This document shows positions 39,966 through 46,946 of a stretch of 64,000 nt of DNA, one piece after another. The notes under the pieces are model-generated. The model was not told the origin of the DNA. It saw only the letters and a list, made by a program, of their open reading frames with translations, and did not search any database. This stretch comes from an uncultured Acidobacteriota bacterium (GTDB taxonomy: Bacteria; Acidobacteriota; Thermoanaerobaculia; Gp7-AA8): positions 448,001 through 512,000 of the forward strand of contig CAWGHO010000002.1 in assembly GCA_963822445.1 (NCBI GenBank), read 5' to 3'. Position 1 is the stretch's first letter, and each line of letters begins with the position of its first letter. The translations under genes were made by a program, and so were the position numbers.

Positions 39966-39997
39966 ATCCGACCCTTCGTCGGCATGAAGGGTCGGAT
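39966..39997. promoter_or_regulatory. Intercistronic hairpin upstream of nrfH
   Basis: 12-bp stem ATCCGACCCTTC / GAAGGGTCGGAT, no U-tract. Confidence 0.5.
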
Positions 39998-40011
39998 AAG
40001 CTCCACCGCGC

Positions 40012-40464
40012 GTGAAGTCTCTGCTCCTCATCGGAACCGCCGTCCTCCTCGGAATCGCGGGGGGCGTCGGTTTCTTCACGTTCGGCTACGCACGCGGCGC
40101 GTCGTATCTCACCAACGATCCCGCCGCGTGCGCGAACTGCCACGTGATGCAGAGCCACTACGACGACTGGCGGCATTCGAGTCACCGCTCGGTCGCTACG
40201 TGCAATGACTGCCACACGCCGCCCGGCCTGATTCCCAAGTACGCGACGAAGGCCTCGAACGGGTTCTGGCATTCGTTCGCGTTCACGACCGGCCGCTTTC
40301 CCGAGCCGCTGCGGATCAAGCCGCACAATCGCGAGATCGCCGAGAAGGCCTGCCGCAAATGTCACGCGGCGATCGTTCAGGCGATCGATCCCGTTCCCCG
40401 GCATGACCCGGCCGATGCGACGTCCTGCATCCGCTGCCACTCCAACGTCGGACACATGAGGTAA
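40012..40464 (+). CDS. nrfH: Cytochrome c nitrite reductase small subunit
   Basis: TM anchor, SYLTNDPAACANCHVM, four CxxCH, terminal VGH. Confidence 0.95.
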   Translation: MKSLLLIGTAVLLGIAGGVGFFTFGYARGASYLTNDPAACANCHVMQSHYDDWRHSSHRSVATCNDCHTPPGLIPKYATKASNGFWHSFAFTTGRFPEPLRIKPHNREIAEKACRKCHAAIVQAIDPVPRHDPADATSCIRCHSNVGHMR

Positions 40465-40468
40465 GCAA

Positions 40469-41860
40469 ATGGCCAAGGACACTCTCGATCCCGAGCGCAG
40501 CAAGCGCCGCCGCCGCTTCTGGATTCTTCTGAGCGCGATCGTCGCCGGCGTCGCGGTCATCACCGCCGGCCTGACCGCGCTGCTCGTCGACATTTTCGAG
40601 CACAAGCAGGAGGCCCGGAATCCGTTCTACCGAGTGTCCGAGCTCACCGACGAGACTGTCGATCCCGCGAAGTGGGGAGAGAACTTCCCGCTGCAATACG
40701 ACGGGTACAAGCGGACCGTCGATCAGGTGCGCACGCGCTATGGCGGCAGCGAGGCTGTTCCTCGAACGCCGACGTCGGCCGACCCGCGTTCGATGGTCGC
40801 GCAGTCGCGGCTCGAGGAGGACCCGCGGCTGAAGACGATGTGGGCAGGCTACGCGTTCTCGGTCGATTTCCGCGAGGAGCGCGGCCACGCCTACATGCTT
40901 CAGGATCAGGAGTTCACGGAGCGGCAGCATTTCGCAAAGCAACCCGGCACCTGCCTCCACTGCCACGCGTCGGTCTACGTTCCCTACAAGCGCGCCGGCG
41001 GCGGCGATCTGATCAAAGGCTTCGAGAAGCTGAATCAGATGACTTACTTCGAAGCCCGGAAGCAGGTCAGCCATCCGGTGGCCTGCATCGATTGCCATGA
41101 TCCGAAAACGATGCAGCTTCGCATCACCCGTCCGGGCTTCCTCGAGGGAATCCGCGTCGCCAAGGCCGCGGCAGGCATCGCCGATTACGACGTGAACAAG
41201 ATGGCCACGCGGCAGGAGATGCGCTCGTTCGTCTGCGGGCAATGCCACGTCGAGTACTACTTCAAAGGTCCGGAGAAACGCCTCACCTATCCCTGGTTCA
41301 AGGGCCTCAAAGCCGACGAGATCCTCAGCTATTACGAAGAAGTGAAGTTCAAGGACTGGACGCACGAGATCAGTGGAGCGCCGGTCCTGAAAGCGCAGCA
41401 CCCGGAGTTCGAGATGTGGAACCAGGGCATTCACGCGCGCTCGGGCGTGGCCTGCGCCGACTGCCACATGCCCTACGAGCGCGTAGGCGCGATGAAGATC
41501 AGCAGCCATCACGTGCGCAGCCCTGTGCTCAATCTCAACAACGCCTGCCAGACCTGCCACAAGTGGCCGGAGGAAGAGCTGAAGTCCCGCATCGAGATCA
41601 TCCAGACGCGCACGCACGAAATGCGCGGCATCGCCATGGACGCGCTGATCGCCCTGATCAAAGACATCGAACAAGCCCGGACCGCCGGCGCGACCGACGC
41701 CCAACTCGAGAAGCCGCGCAATTTCCAGCGACGCGCGCAGTTCCTCCTCGACTTCATCGAAGCGGAGAACTCGATGGGCTTCCACGCGCCGCAGGAAACG
41801 GCGCGGATTCTCTTGCAGTCAGTGGACAACTCGCGCAAAGGACAGGAGGCACTGCGGTGA
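40469..41860 (+). CDS. nrfA: Ammonia-forming cytochrome c nitrite reductase c552 (CxxCH first-heme type)
   Basis: WAGYAFS, RGHAY, five CxxCH, CGQCHVEYYF, LKAQHPEFE, AENSMGFHAP. Confidence 0.96.
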   Translation: MAKDTLDPERSKRRRRFWILLSAIVAGVAVITAGLTALLVDIFEHKQEARNPFYRVSELTDETVDPAKWGENFPLQYDGYKRTVDQVRTRYGGSEAVPRTPTSADPRSMVAQSRLEEDPRLKTMWAGYAFSVDFREERGHAYMLQDQEFTERQHFAKQPGTCLHCHASVYVPYKRAGGGDLIKGFEKLNQMTYFEARKQVSHPVACIDCHDPKTMQLRITRPGFLEGIRVAKAAAGIADYDVNKMATRQEMRSFVCGQCHVEYYFKGPEKRLTYPWFKGLKADEILSYYEEVKFKDWTHEISGAPVLKAQHPEFEMWNQGIHARSGVACADCHMPYERVGAMKISSHHVRSPVLNLNNACQTCHKWPEEELKSRIEIIQTRTHEMRGIAMDALIALIKDIEQARTAGATDAQLEKPRNFQRRAQFLLDFIEAENSMGFHAPQETARILLQSVDNSRKGQEALR

Positions 41861-41893
41861 CACGTGGCCGGGAGTCTGCTCCGCGTGCCGGTC

Positions 41894-42237
41894 ATGAACA
41901 GCAAGCTGGAACGCTTTCATGACCTGGTGAAAGACATCGAAGTGGCCATGATGACCACTCAGCGTGGCGACGGTCTGCTGGTTTCGCGACCAATGGCCAC
42001 GCAGGTTTTCGCCGAAGGTGCCGATCTCTGGTTCGTGACGACGAAGGGCAGTCCCAAGTTATCGGAGATCGCGCAGAGCTCCGGCATCAACCTCTCCTAC
42101 TACAAAGACCGGACGCGGGAGTGGATCTCAGTTTCCGGCGACGCCCGCGAACCAGGCCCTCCAGTCGGGACGGTAGAGCTCGTGAATCTTCGCGCGATCC
42201 TCCACGACGCGGCAAGAGTCCCGAATTCCCCGACGCG
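41894..42237 (+). pseudogene. Pyridoxamine 5'-phosphate oxidase-like general stress protein, internally inverted and truncated
   Basis: AMMTT, VSRPMATQ, DLWF, WISVSGDAR; the continuation VVEDRAKIHELYRPDWRAWF is on the opposite strand. Confidence 0.8.
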
Positions 42238-42275
42238 CAGACCATTACGGGCGATTTCCAACGCGAACGTTGATC

Positions 42276-42824
42276 CTAAGCACCGTCTCGTGGGCGGTTC
42301 CTGCCTTTTCGCCAGGCAACCGAACCGATCGACACGAAGCATGCAAAAGAAAACAAAATCACAAAACCGGCGGCAAACCATCGAGTTGGGTCGGTAAAAA
42401 GCTTCCACAACCCAACGCCTGTGAAGAACGCAGAGATCAGCGCAAGGCACGCGACCCAGAGCCAGCCCAACGCTCTTGCCTGCGCTTCCGTCGCATCGCT
42501 CCATTTCATGTTCGATACGGCGGGTGGAAGGCCACGCACTCGCCTCCGGACGCGAAACTCGAACCAGAGGGCATACAGGAGCAGAAGCACAATCGCCGCA
42601 AACACAGCGGCCTGGATGCTTTGGCGACGGGCGACCACTAATGAAATGACGGTGAAGACAAGCACTACGACATAGGACACCTTTAGATCACGCCGCAGAT
42701 CCGACTCGAACGTCGGGTCGGGCAGAACGTAGCCTCGCCCCAAAACGCCGTACGGATAAAAGGCCGTCGAACCATCCGGTTGACGCTTGAAGGAAGGGTC
42801 GGTCAGGGCATCGAGATAGCTCAT
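42276..42824 (-). CDS. Hypothetical four-TM membrane protein (cassette region)
   Basis: GGAG RBS; FYPYGVLGRGY then four hydrophobic segments. Confidence 0.75.
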   Translation of the reverse strand: MSYLDALTDPSFKRQPDGSTAFYPYGVLGRGYVLPDPTFESDLRRDLKVSYVVVLVFTVISLVVARRQSIQAAVFAAIVLLLLYALWFEFRVRRRVRGLPPAVSNMKWSDATEAQARALGWLWVACLALISAFFTGVGLWKLFTDPTRWFAAGFVILFSFACFVSIGSVAWRKGRNRPRDGA

Positions 42825-42848
42825 CCCAACTCCAGGTTCGCGCCGGCG

Positions 42849-43499
42849 TCAGGATGCTGGCTTGTTTCGGTGCCAACGGCCTGCAAACGGCAGATCCCAC
42901 AGACTTCTGAGCGGAATGTTCAGGTACGAGCACGTGTCCCGGAGGAGTGGCCAGCCAAAGCCGAACACAATCGACCAGTACACGACGTCGAATAGTAATC
43001 TCAGCACCGCTGCAATGAGGGCAGCGCTGAAGAACGACCATGAGCTCGTGTCCAGGTCGGCCAGCCGGTCCCGGAAAGCGAACAGCCCGACATTTGTGGC
43101 GATTCCGGTGACGGCCCTCACCGCAGCTGGAACGACGTTCCATAGCCGCAGCGTGAGCTCCAGCACAACGAAACGAACAATCAGAAGCAGGACCCGCTGG
43201 CCCTCCACTACCGGAGACGCCAACGTTTGCAACGTCACCTCTCCTGCGGTCGCAGCCCGAACCTCGGCATGCTTCTGCTGAATTTCGAGCTCGAGCTTCC
43301 GCGATTCCAGCGTGGTCTTTCGGAGGATGTTGAACGTAAGGATGAGCCCAAGCAGCGCCGCCGGTATCGCGAGGACACCTGTTGCCACCTTGTACCAGAC
43401 CTCTCCCGCCTTCGCGTTCGCCGCTGCCCCGTCCTGAGCGATCGCGTCACTTGCGAAGATGCAGATGACCACCGCGCACGTCAAAACCGTCCGTCGCAC
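42849..43499 (-). CDS. Hypothetical membrane protein (cassette region)
   Basis: GTG with GGAGG; signal-like N-terminus, TMs, ESRKLELEI. Confidence 0.7.
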   Translation of the reverse strand: MRRTVLTCAVVICIFASDAIAQDGAAANAKAGEVWYKVATGVLAIPAALLGLILTFNILRKTTLESRKLELEIQQKHAEVRAATAGEVTLQTLASPVVEGQRVLLLIVRFVVLELTLRLWNVVPAAVRAVTGIATNVGLFAFRDRLADLDTSSWSFFSAALIAAVLRLLFDVVYWSIVFGFGWPLLRDTCSYLNIPLRSLWDLPFAGRWHRNKPAS

Positions 43500-43583
43500 C
43501 GTGAGACCTCCATTGCTGATGTGCTCGGAATTGTACGCGGATCGGCCTGAGGGCTTCAGCGTCACGACGTAGCCAGGGTCTCG

Positions 43584-44081
43584 CTACTGAATCTTCTTGT
43601 CTTCCCGTTTGGCGTCTTCCATGGCCTCAGGCTCGAGCTCTTCCGCCGCTCGATTCAGCCTGATGAATACGCCCCAGGCCGCCAATAATGCCGCCGTTGC
43701 CAACCCGATTGAAGACGCGCTCCACAGCATCCGCGGGTCTCCTTCGAGGAAGCGCACGACGGCAACGAGATATTTGATCGACAGTGCAACCACAACCACG
43801 ACGAGGAAACGCGAAAGGTAGCGGCGTACGCGCGTCGGGGCGCTGACTTGCGAGCGACGGACGACTTCCTCCTCCATCACCGTCTGCGCAATCTCGAGAG
43901 CAACAAGGGCGATCGCAAGAATCCCGATGCTCTCGATGACCTGGGATACGTGTGTTGGCGAGTGGGCCACAGCCTCCCAAAGCGTCACGACAGCGCGGAC
44001 GACGAGCACCACGGCTGCCGCGCCGAAGAAGAAGGCGATGGCCGAGTAGATCAACGTGAACACGCGCATGATCCAGGTCAT
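43584..44081 (-). CDS. Four-TM membrane protein, PsiE-like
   Basis: ALEIAQTVMEEEV, VRRYLSRFLVVVVVAL. Confidence 0.7.
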   Translation of the reverse strand: MTWIMRVFTLIYSAIAFFFGAAAVVLVVRAVVTLWEAVAHSPTHVSQVIESIGILAIALVALEIAQTVMEEEVVRRSQVSAPTRVRRYLSRFLVVVVVALSIKYLVAVVRFLEGDPRMLWSASSIGLATAALLAAWGVFIRLNRAAEELEPEAMEDAKREDKKIQ

Positions 44082-44139
44082 GACTCCGTTATACATCAGG
44101 AGTTAGAAGCCGGGCGCGTCAGCGGCGAGCGGCCCGCCC

Positions 44140-44304
44140 ACGGGTGCTGGCGATTTGGGCGGGCCACGCTCACAAGCGATGGAATAGCACGACACAACTT
44201 CGTGTACACCGGCCCAAGTCGAAGAGTACGTGCCCCGCCCCCGAGAAGTGAATGAAGACCTCGCGCGAGCAATCGTGCGCAAGGTATGCAAGGACCGAAC
44301 ATGA
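44140..44304 (+). pseudogene. HicA-like toxin remnant
   Basis: In-frame TAG at 44185, then HD...EEYVPRPREVNEDLARAIVRK; its TGA overlaps the HicB ATG. Confidence 0.6.
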
Positions 44305-44714
44305 GATTTGAGGGCAGAGTAGTGCGTGATGGCCGGTGGTGGCTGGCTGAGATTCCGCTTCTCGATGCAAGAACTCAAGGCCATACACGACGCGAGGCCT
44401 TTGAAATGATCAAGGACTGGGTGGAGACAGCGATCAATCGCCCCGAGTTTTGCGCGACCGTACACCCGCAAGGACGCAAGGAGTTTGAACTCGAAGGGTC
44501 TGATGCTGCTGCAATGATTGCGCTTCTCTTGCGTCGGCGGCGCGAGGCAAGCGGCGCATCCCTGCGAGATATGGCGACGCGACTCGGCTTGAACTCTCGC
44601 AATTCGTACGCTCGTTACGAACGTGGCGAAGCTGTGCCGACTGTTGAGAAGCTCGACGCGCTGCTCCGAGCTACCTCGCCGGGCGGGGATTTCGTTATCC
44701 GAGAGATTCGGTAA
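44301..44714 (+). CDS. HicB-like antitoxin with C-terminal XRE HTH
   Basis: WWLAEIPLLDARTQGHTRREAFEMIKD; SLRDMATRLG...YARYERGEAVPT. Confidence 0.85.
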   Translation: MRFEGRVVRDGRWWLAEIPLLDARTQGHTRREAFEMIKDWVETAINRPEFCATVHPQGRKEFELEGSDAAAMIALLLRRRREASGASLRDMATRLGLNSRNSYARYERGEAVPTVEKLDALLRATSPGGDFVIREIR

Positions 44715-44846
44715 GCAGCGTGTCAGCGGTACGGGCGTCTCCGTGATTCCCTTCAGGTTGGCGACACGGCAGTCACTCCGAGTAGGAAGTCCGCCGCGAG
44801 GCAATCTCGCCGATGGCTTTCGACACGCACCGCGCGATCTCGGTCT

Positions 44847-45044
44847 GCCTAACGTCTATCGCCTAAGCTGCACGGCCAGGGCCCGCGTGCCGAAGCCACA
44901 GCGGCGCACCGGTTGCCGCGAATGACGTTCGAAGAACCGAGTCGCGATATGCAACCGGCGTGACGCCGCCCCGCTGGCGATGCTGTACGCGGCTCGGCCG
45001 CCGGACCGGGGCCGGGCCGTGCCAGCTTCTGGCAGTAGTTGGGC
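44847..45044 (-). mobile_element. attC-like recombination site, 198 bp (more diverged copy)
   Basis: GCCTAACGTCTATCGCCTAAGCTGC...CAGCTTCTGGCAGTAGTTGGGC. Confidence 0.85.
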
Positions 45045-45049
45045 AGCGG

Positions 45050-45280
45050 TTACTTAACTGCGAGTTCGTGCAGCAACTGCTCGATGTTTTCTGGTACGGA
45101 GACGGGCACGAACCACGAACGAGGGTACAGATAATCTTCCCCCGATTCGTCGATTACGCGCACATAGTTTCGCTGGGCAGCACTGGAATCTTCGAGTACT
45201 TCGTAGACCTTGCGCAGGTGAAGCGTGCCAGCGTATTCGCCGTTCTGAATGCAGATTGCGAAGTGCGTCGTTTGACTCAT
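45050..45280 (-). CDS. Small hypothetical protein, putative antitoxin/immunity
   Basis: RKVYEVL...VRVIDESGEDYLYP; ATG overlaps the upstream TGA. Confidence 0.8.
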   Translation of the reverse strand: MSQTTHFAICIQNGEYAGTLHLRKVYEVLEDSSAAQRNYVRVIDESGEDYLYPRSWFVPVSVPENIEQLLHELAVK

Positions 45281-45531
45281 CGGACTTGATCGAAAAAGCG
45301 CTTGATCTTCACCCATCGCTTACCGATGCCGTCGGCTTCGTACCAGTGGATCTCAGCTTCGTGCATCGTACCATCCTCGAGCCGAACGATTGCGAGGCCT
45401 TTCAGCTTTCGCCAGTCACCGAGACCGAAGTGTTCTTCCAGATACACCAAGTCGCGGATTCCCTCGCCGCTGGCGATCGTTTCGGCTCGGCGAATCGGCC
45501 CAACGATTTCGAACGACTCCCACACATCCAC
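45277..45531 (-). CDS. Small hypothetical protein, putative toxin
   Basis: ETIASGEGIRD, WRKLKG, AEIHWYEADGIGK; start uncertain. Confidence 0.78.
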   Translation of the reverse strand: MDVWESFEIVGPIRRAETIASGEGIRDLVYLEEHFGLGDWRKLKGLAIVRLEDGTMHEAEIHWYEADGIGKRWVKIKRFFDQVR

Positions 45532-45683
45532 GAAGCCAAGGCTAGCACACGCCTCATGACGTGAGTTGATAAGCGCCGCTCACGGAGACATTATGCGTCC
45601 CATGCATCGATGAGTCGCAGTCTAGATCTTCTTGCTGGCACGGGGAAAAGCTGGCCTCCAGCCGTTACACGAGGCTTACGTCT

Positions 45684-45881
45684 GCCCAACGTCTATCGCC
45701 TGAGCTGCGCGGCCAGGGCCCGCGTGCCGAAGCCGGAGCGGCGTGGCGGTTGCCGCGAGCAACGTGCAAAGCACCGCGCCGCGAACTGCAACCGCCGTGA
45801 CGCCGTCAAGCTGGCGAAAAAGCAGCCGGCTCGGCCGGCGGACCGAAGCCGGGCCGCGACAGCTCCTGGCAGTAGTTAGCC
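45684..45881 (-). mobile_element. attC-like recombination site, 198 bp
   Basis: GCCCAAC...GTTAGCC; on the minus strand the TAA stop of the upstream gene lies inside GGCTAAC. Confidence 0.88.
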
Positions 45882-46775
45882 GGCACGGAGCCGTACGCGA
45901 ACGAGAATGTTGCGTTCCACGCGCTGATGCGCAAGCCACGCGAATATTTGCTGAACCGGTGAACGAGGCGCAGGTGAGCGAAGATATACCCTTAGTCGAT
46001 AGACGCCAGGAGCAAGACTATTGGTATCGAACCAAGTTACGTAAGTTCCCGCTTCTTCAGTGTGAAATTTCGCAGGAGCGGATCTCCATGTCGATCGGGG
46101 CGCTACTTGAATGAACTGCGCGCTGAGATGATCGTGGTTTGTGATTCTGCCCGACAAATGCGCACGCACTTCAAGGGAGTCTGGGCCGCTGACCATCGTG
46201 GCAGAAGGCGTAACGTCAAACTTGTACAGAGAATGCACGTAAGTGTGGCCAACGGCCGTCATGGCGACAAAGATCATGACGCTTCGTTGCCATCCAAAGT
46301 AGTTCGTCGGGTCAAAGTGCGCCGAGATCTGCCAGAGCTGGTTCGGAAGAAAGCGTCGAAAAAGTATGAGCAGTACGACAGCCGCGACCGTGCCGGTGAT
46401 GCCGCCGCCGATATTTCCCATCCTGGGGATGAGGTACAGCACAGATGTAACGCCAACCAGAAAGGGAGCAGTCCACAGCAGGAGCCATCTGACCAGGAAC
46501 CAAAGTGCCAGATCTTGCATGAACATGGCGAATCCGGGCCAAAACCCCTCGTCGATGCCACTGGCGGTCGAAACCAGGCGGCCCGTCGCCGCCAACGCGA
46601 GGGCCAAGGCTATCGTTGAAAGGAAGATGACAAGTACAGATAGCACGTGCGCGGTAAAGACGAGTTCGGAACCCGGACTCACGATGCGCGTCAACGCCGC
46701 ACCGGCCGCAAAGGCAAGTGCCGCCACGGTGCCGGAGAGTGAGGCCAGCGTTCCTGCCTCGAGTTGTCGGTTCAT
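45876..46775 (-). CDS. Hypothetical multi-TM protein with soluble C-terminal domain (cassette cargo)
   Basis: Several TMs then LAPGVYRLRV; fills the cassette; stop lies in the R'' box. Confidence 0.75.
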   Translation of the reverse strand: MNRQLEAGTLASLSGTVAALAFAAGAALTRIVSPGSELVFTAHVLSVLVIFLSTIALALALAATGRLVSTASGIDEGFWPGFAMFMQDLALWFLVRWLLLWTAPFLVGVTSVLYLIPRMGNIGGGITGTVAAVVLLILFRRFLPNQLWQISAHFDPTNYFGWQRSVMIFVAMTAVGHTYVHSLYKFDVTPSATMVSGPDSLEVRAHLSGRITNHDHLSAQFIQVAPRSTWRSAPAKFHTEEAGTYVTWFDTNSLAPGVYRLRVYLRSPAPRSPVQQIFAWLAHQRVERNILVRVRLRAG

Positions 46776-46817
46776 GTCCCGAGCATAACAAGAGACCGCC
46801 CGATCACGTGGGTGTCC

Positions 46818-46835
46818 GGCTAACTAATATTTACA
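46818..46835 (-). mobile_element. attI-like entry site of cassette cluster 2
   Basis: Minus strand TGTAAA-TATTA-GTTAGCC, same spacing as attI1 TAAA-ACAAA-GTT. Confidence 0.55.
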
Positions 46836-46893
46836 CTTCTCCCCCTCTTTTCACCTGAATCCCACCCCCTCCCGCCATTGCGCCGCCCAAAAC

Positions 46894-46924
46894 AAAAAGG
46901 CGGAGCCTCGCGGCTCCGCCTTTC
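46894..46924 (-). terminator. Rho-independent terminator of the M6 protease gene
   Basis: AAAAAGGCGGAGCC-TCGC-GGCTCCGCCTTT. Confidence 0.88.
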
Positions 46925-46946
46925 CTTTACAGCGTTGTAATGCCAG

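Noticed and set aside
44085-44110. Extra att site (GTTAGAA)
   Set aside because: Does not match the GTTAGGC expected for this cassette and has no attC body; at best a remnant.
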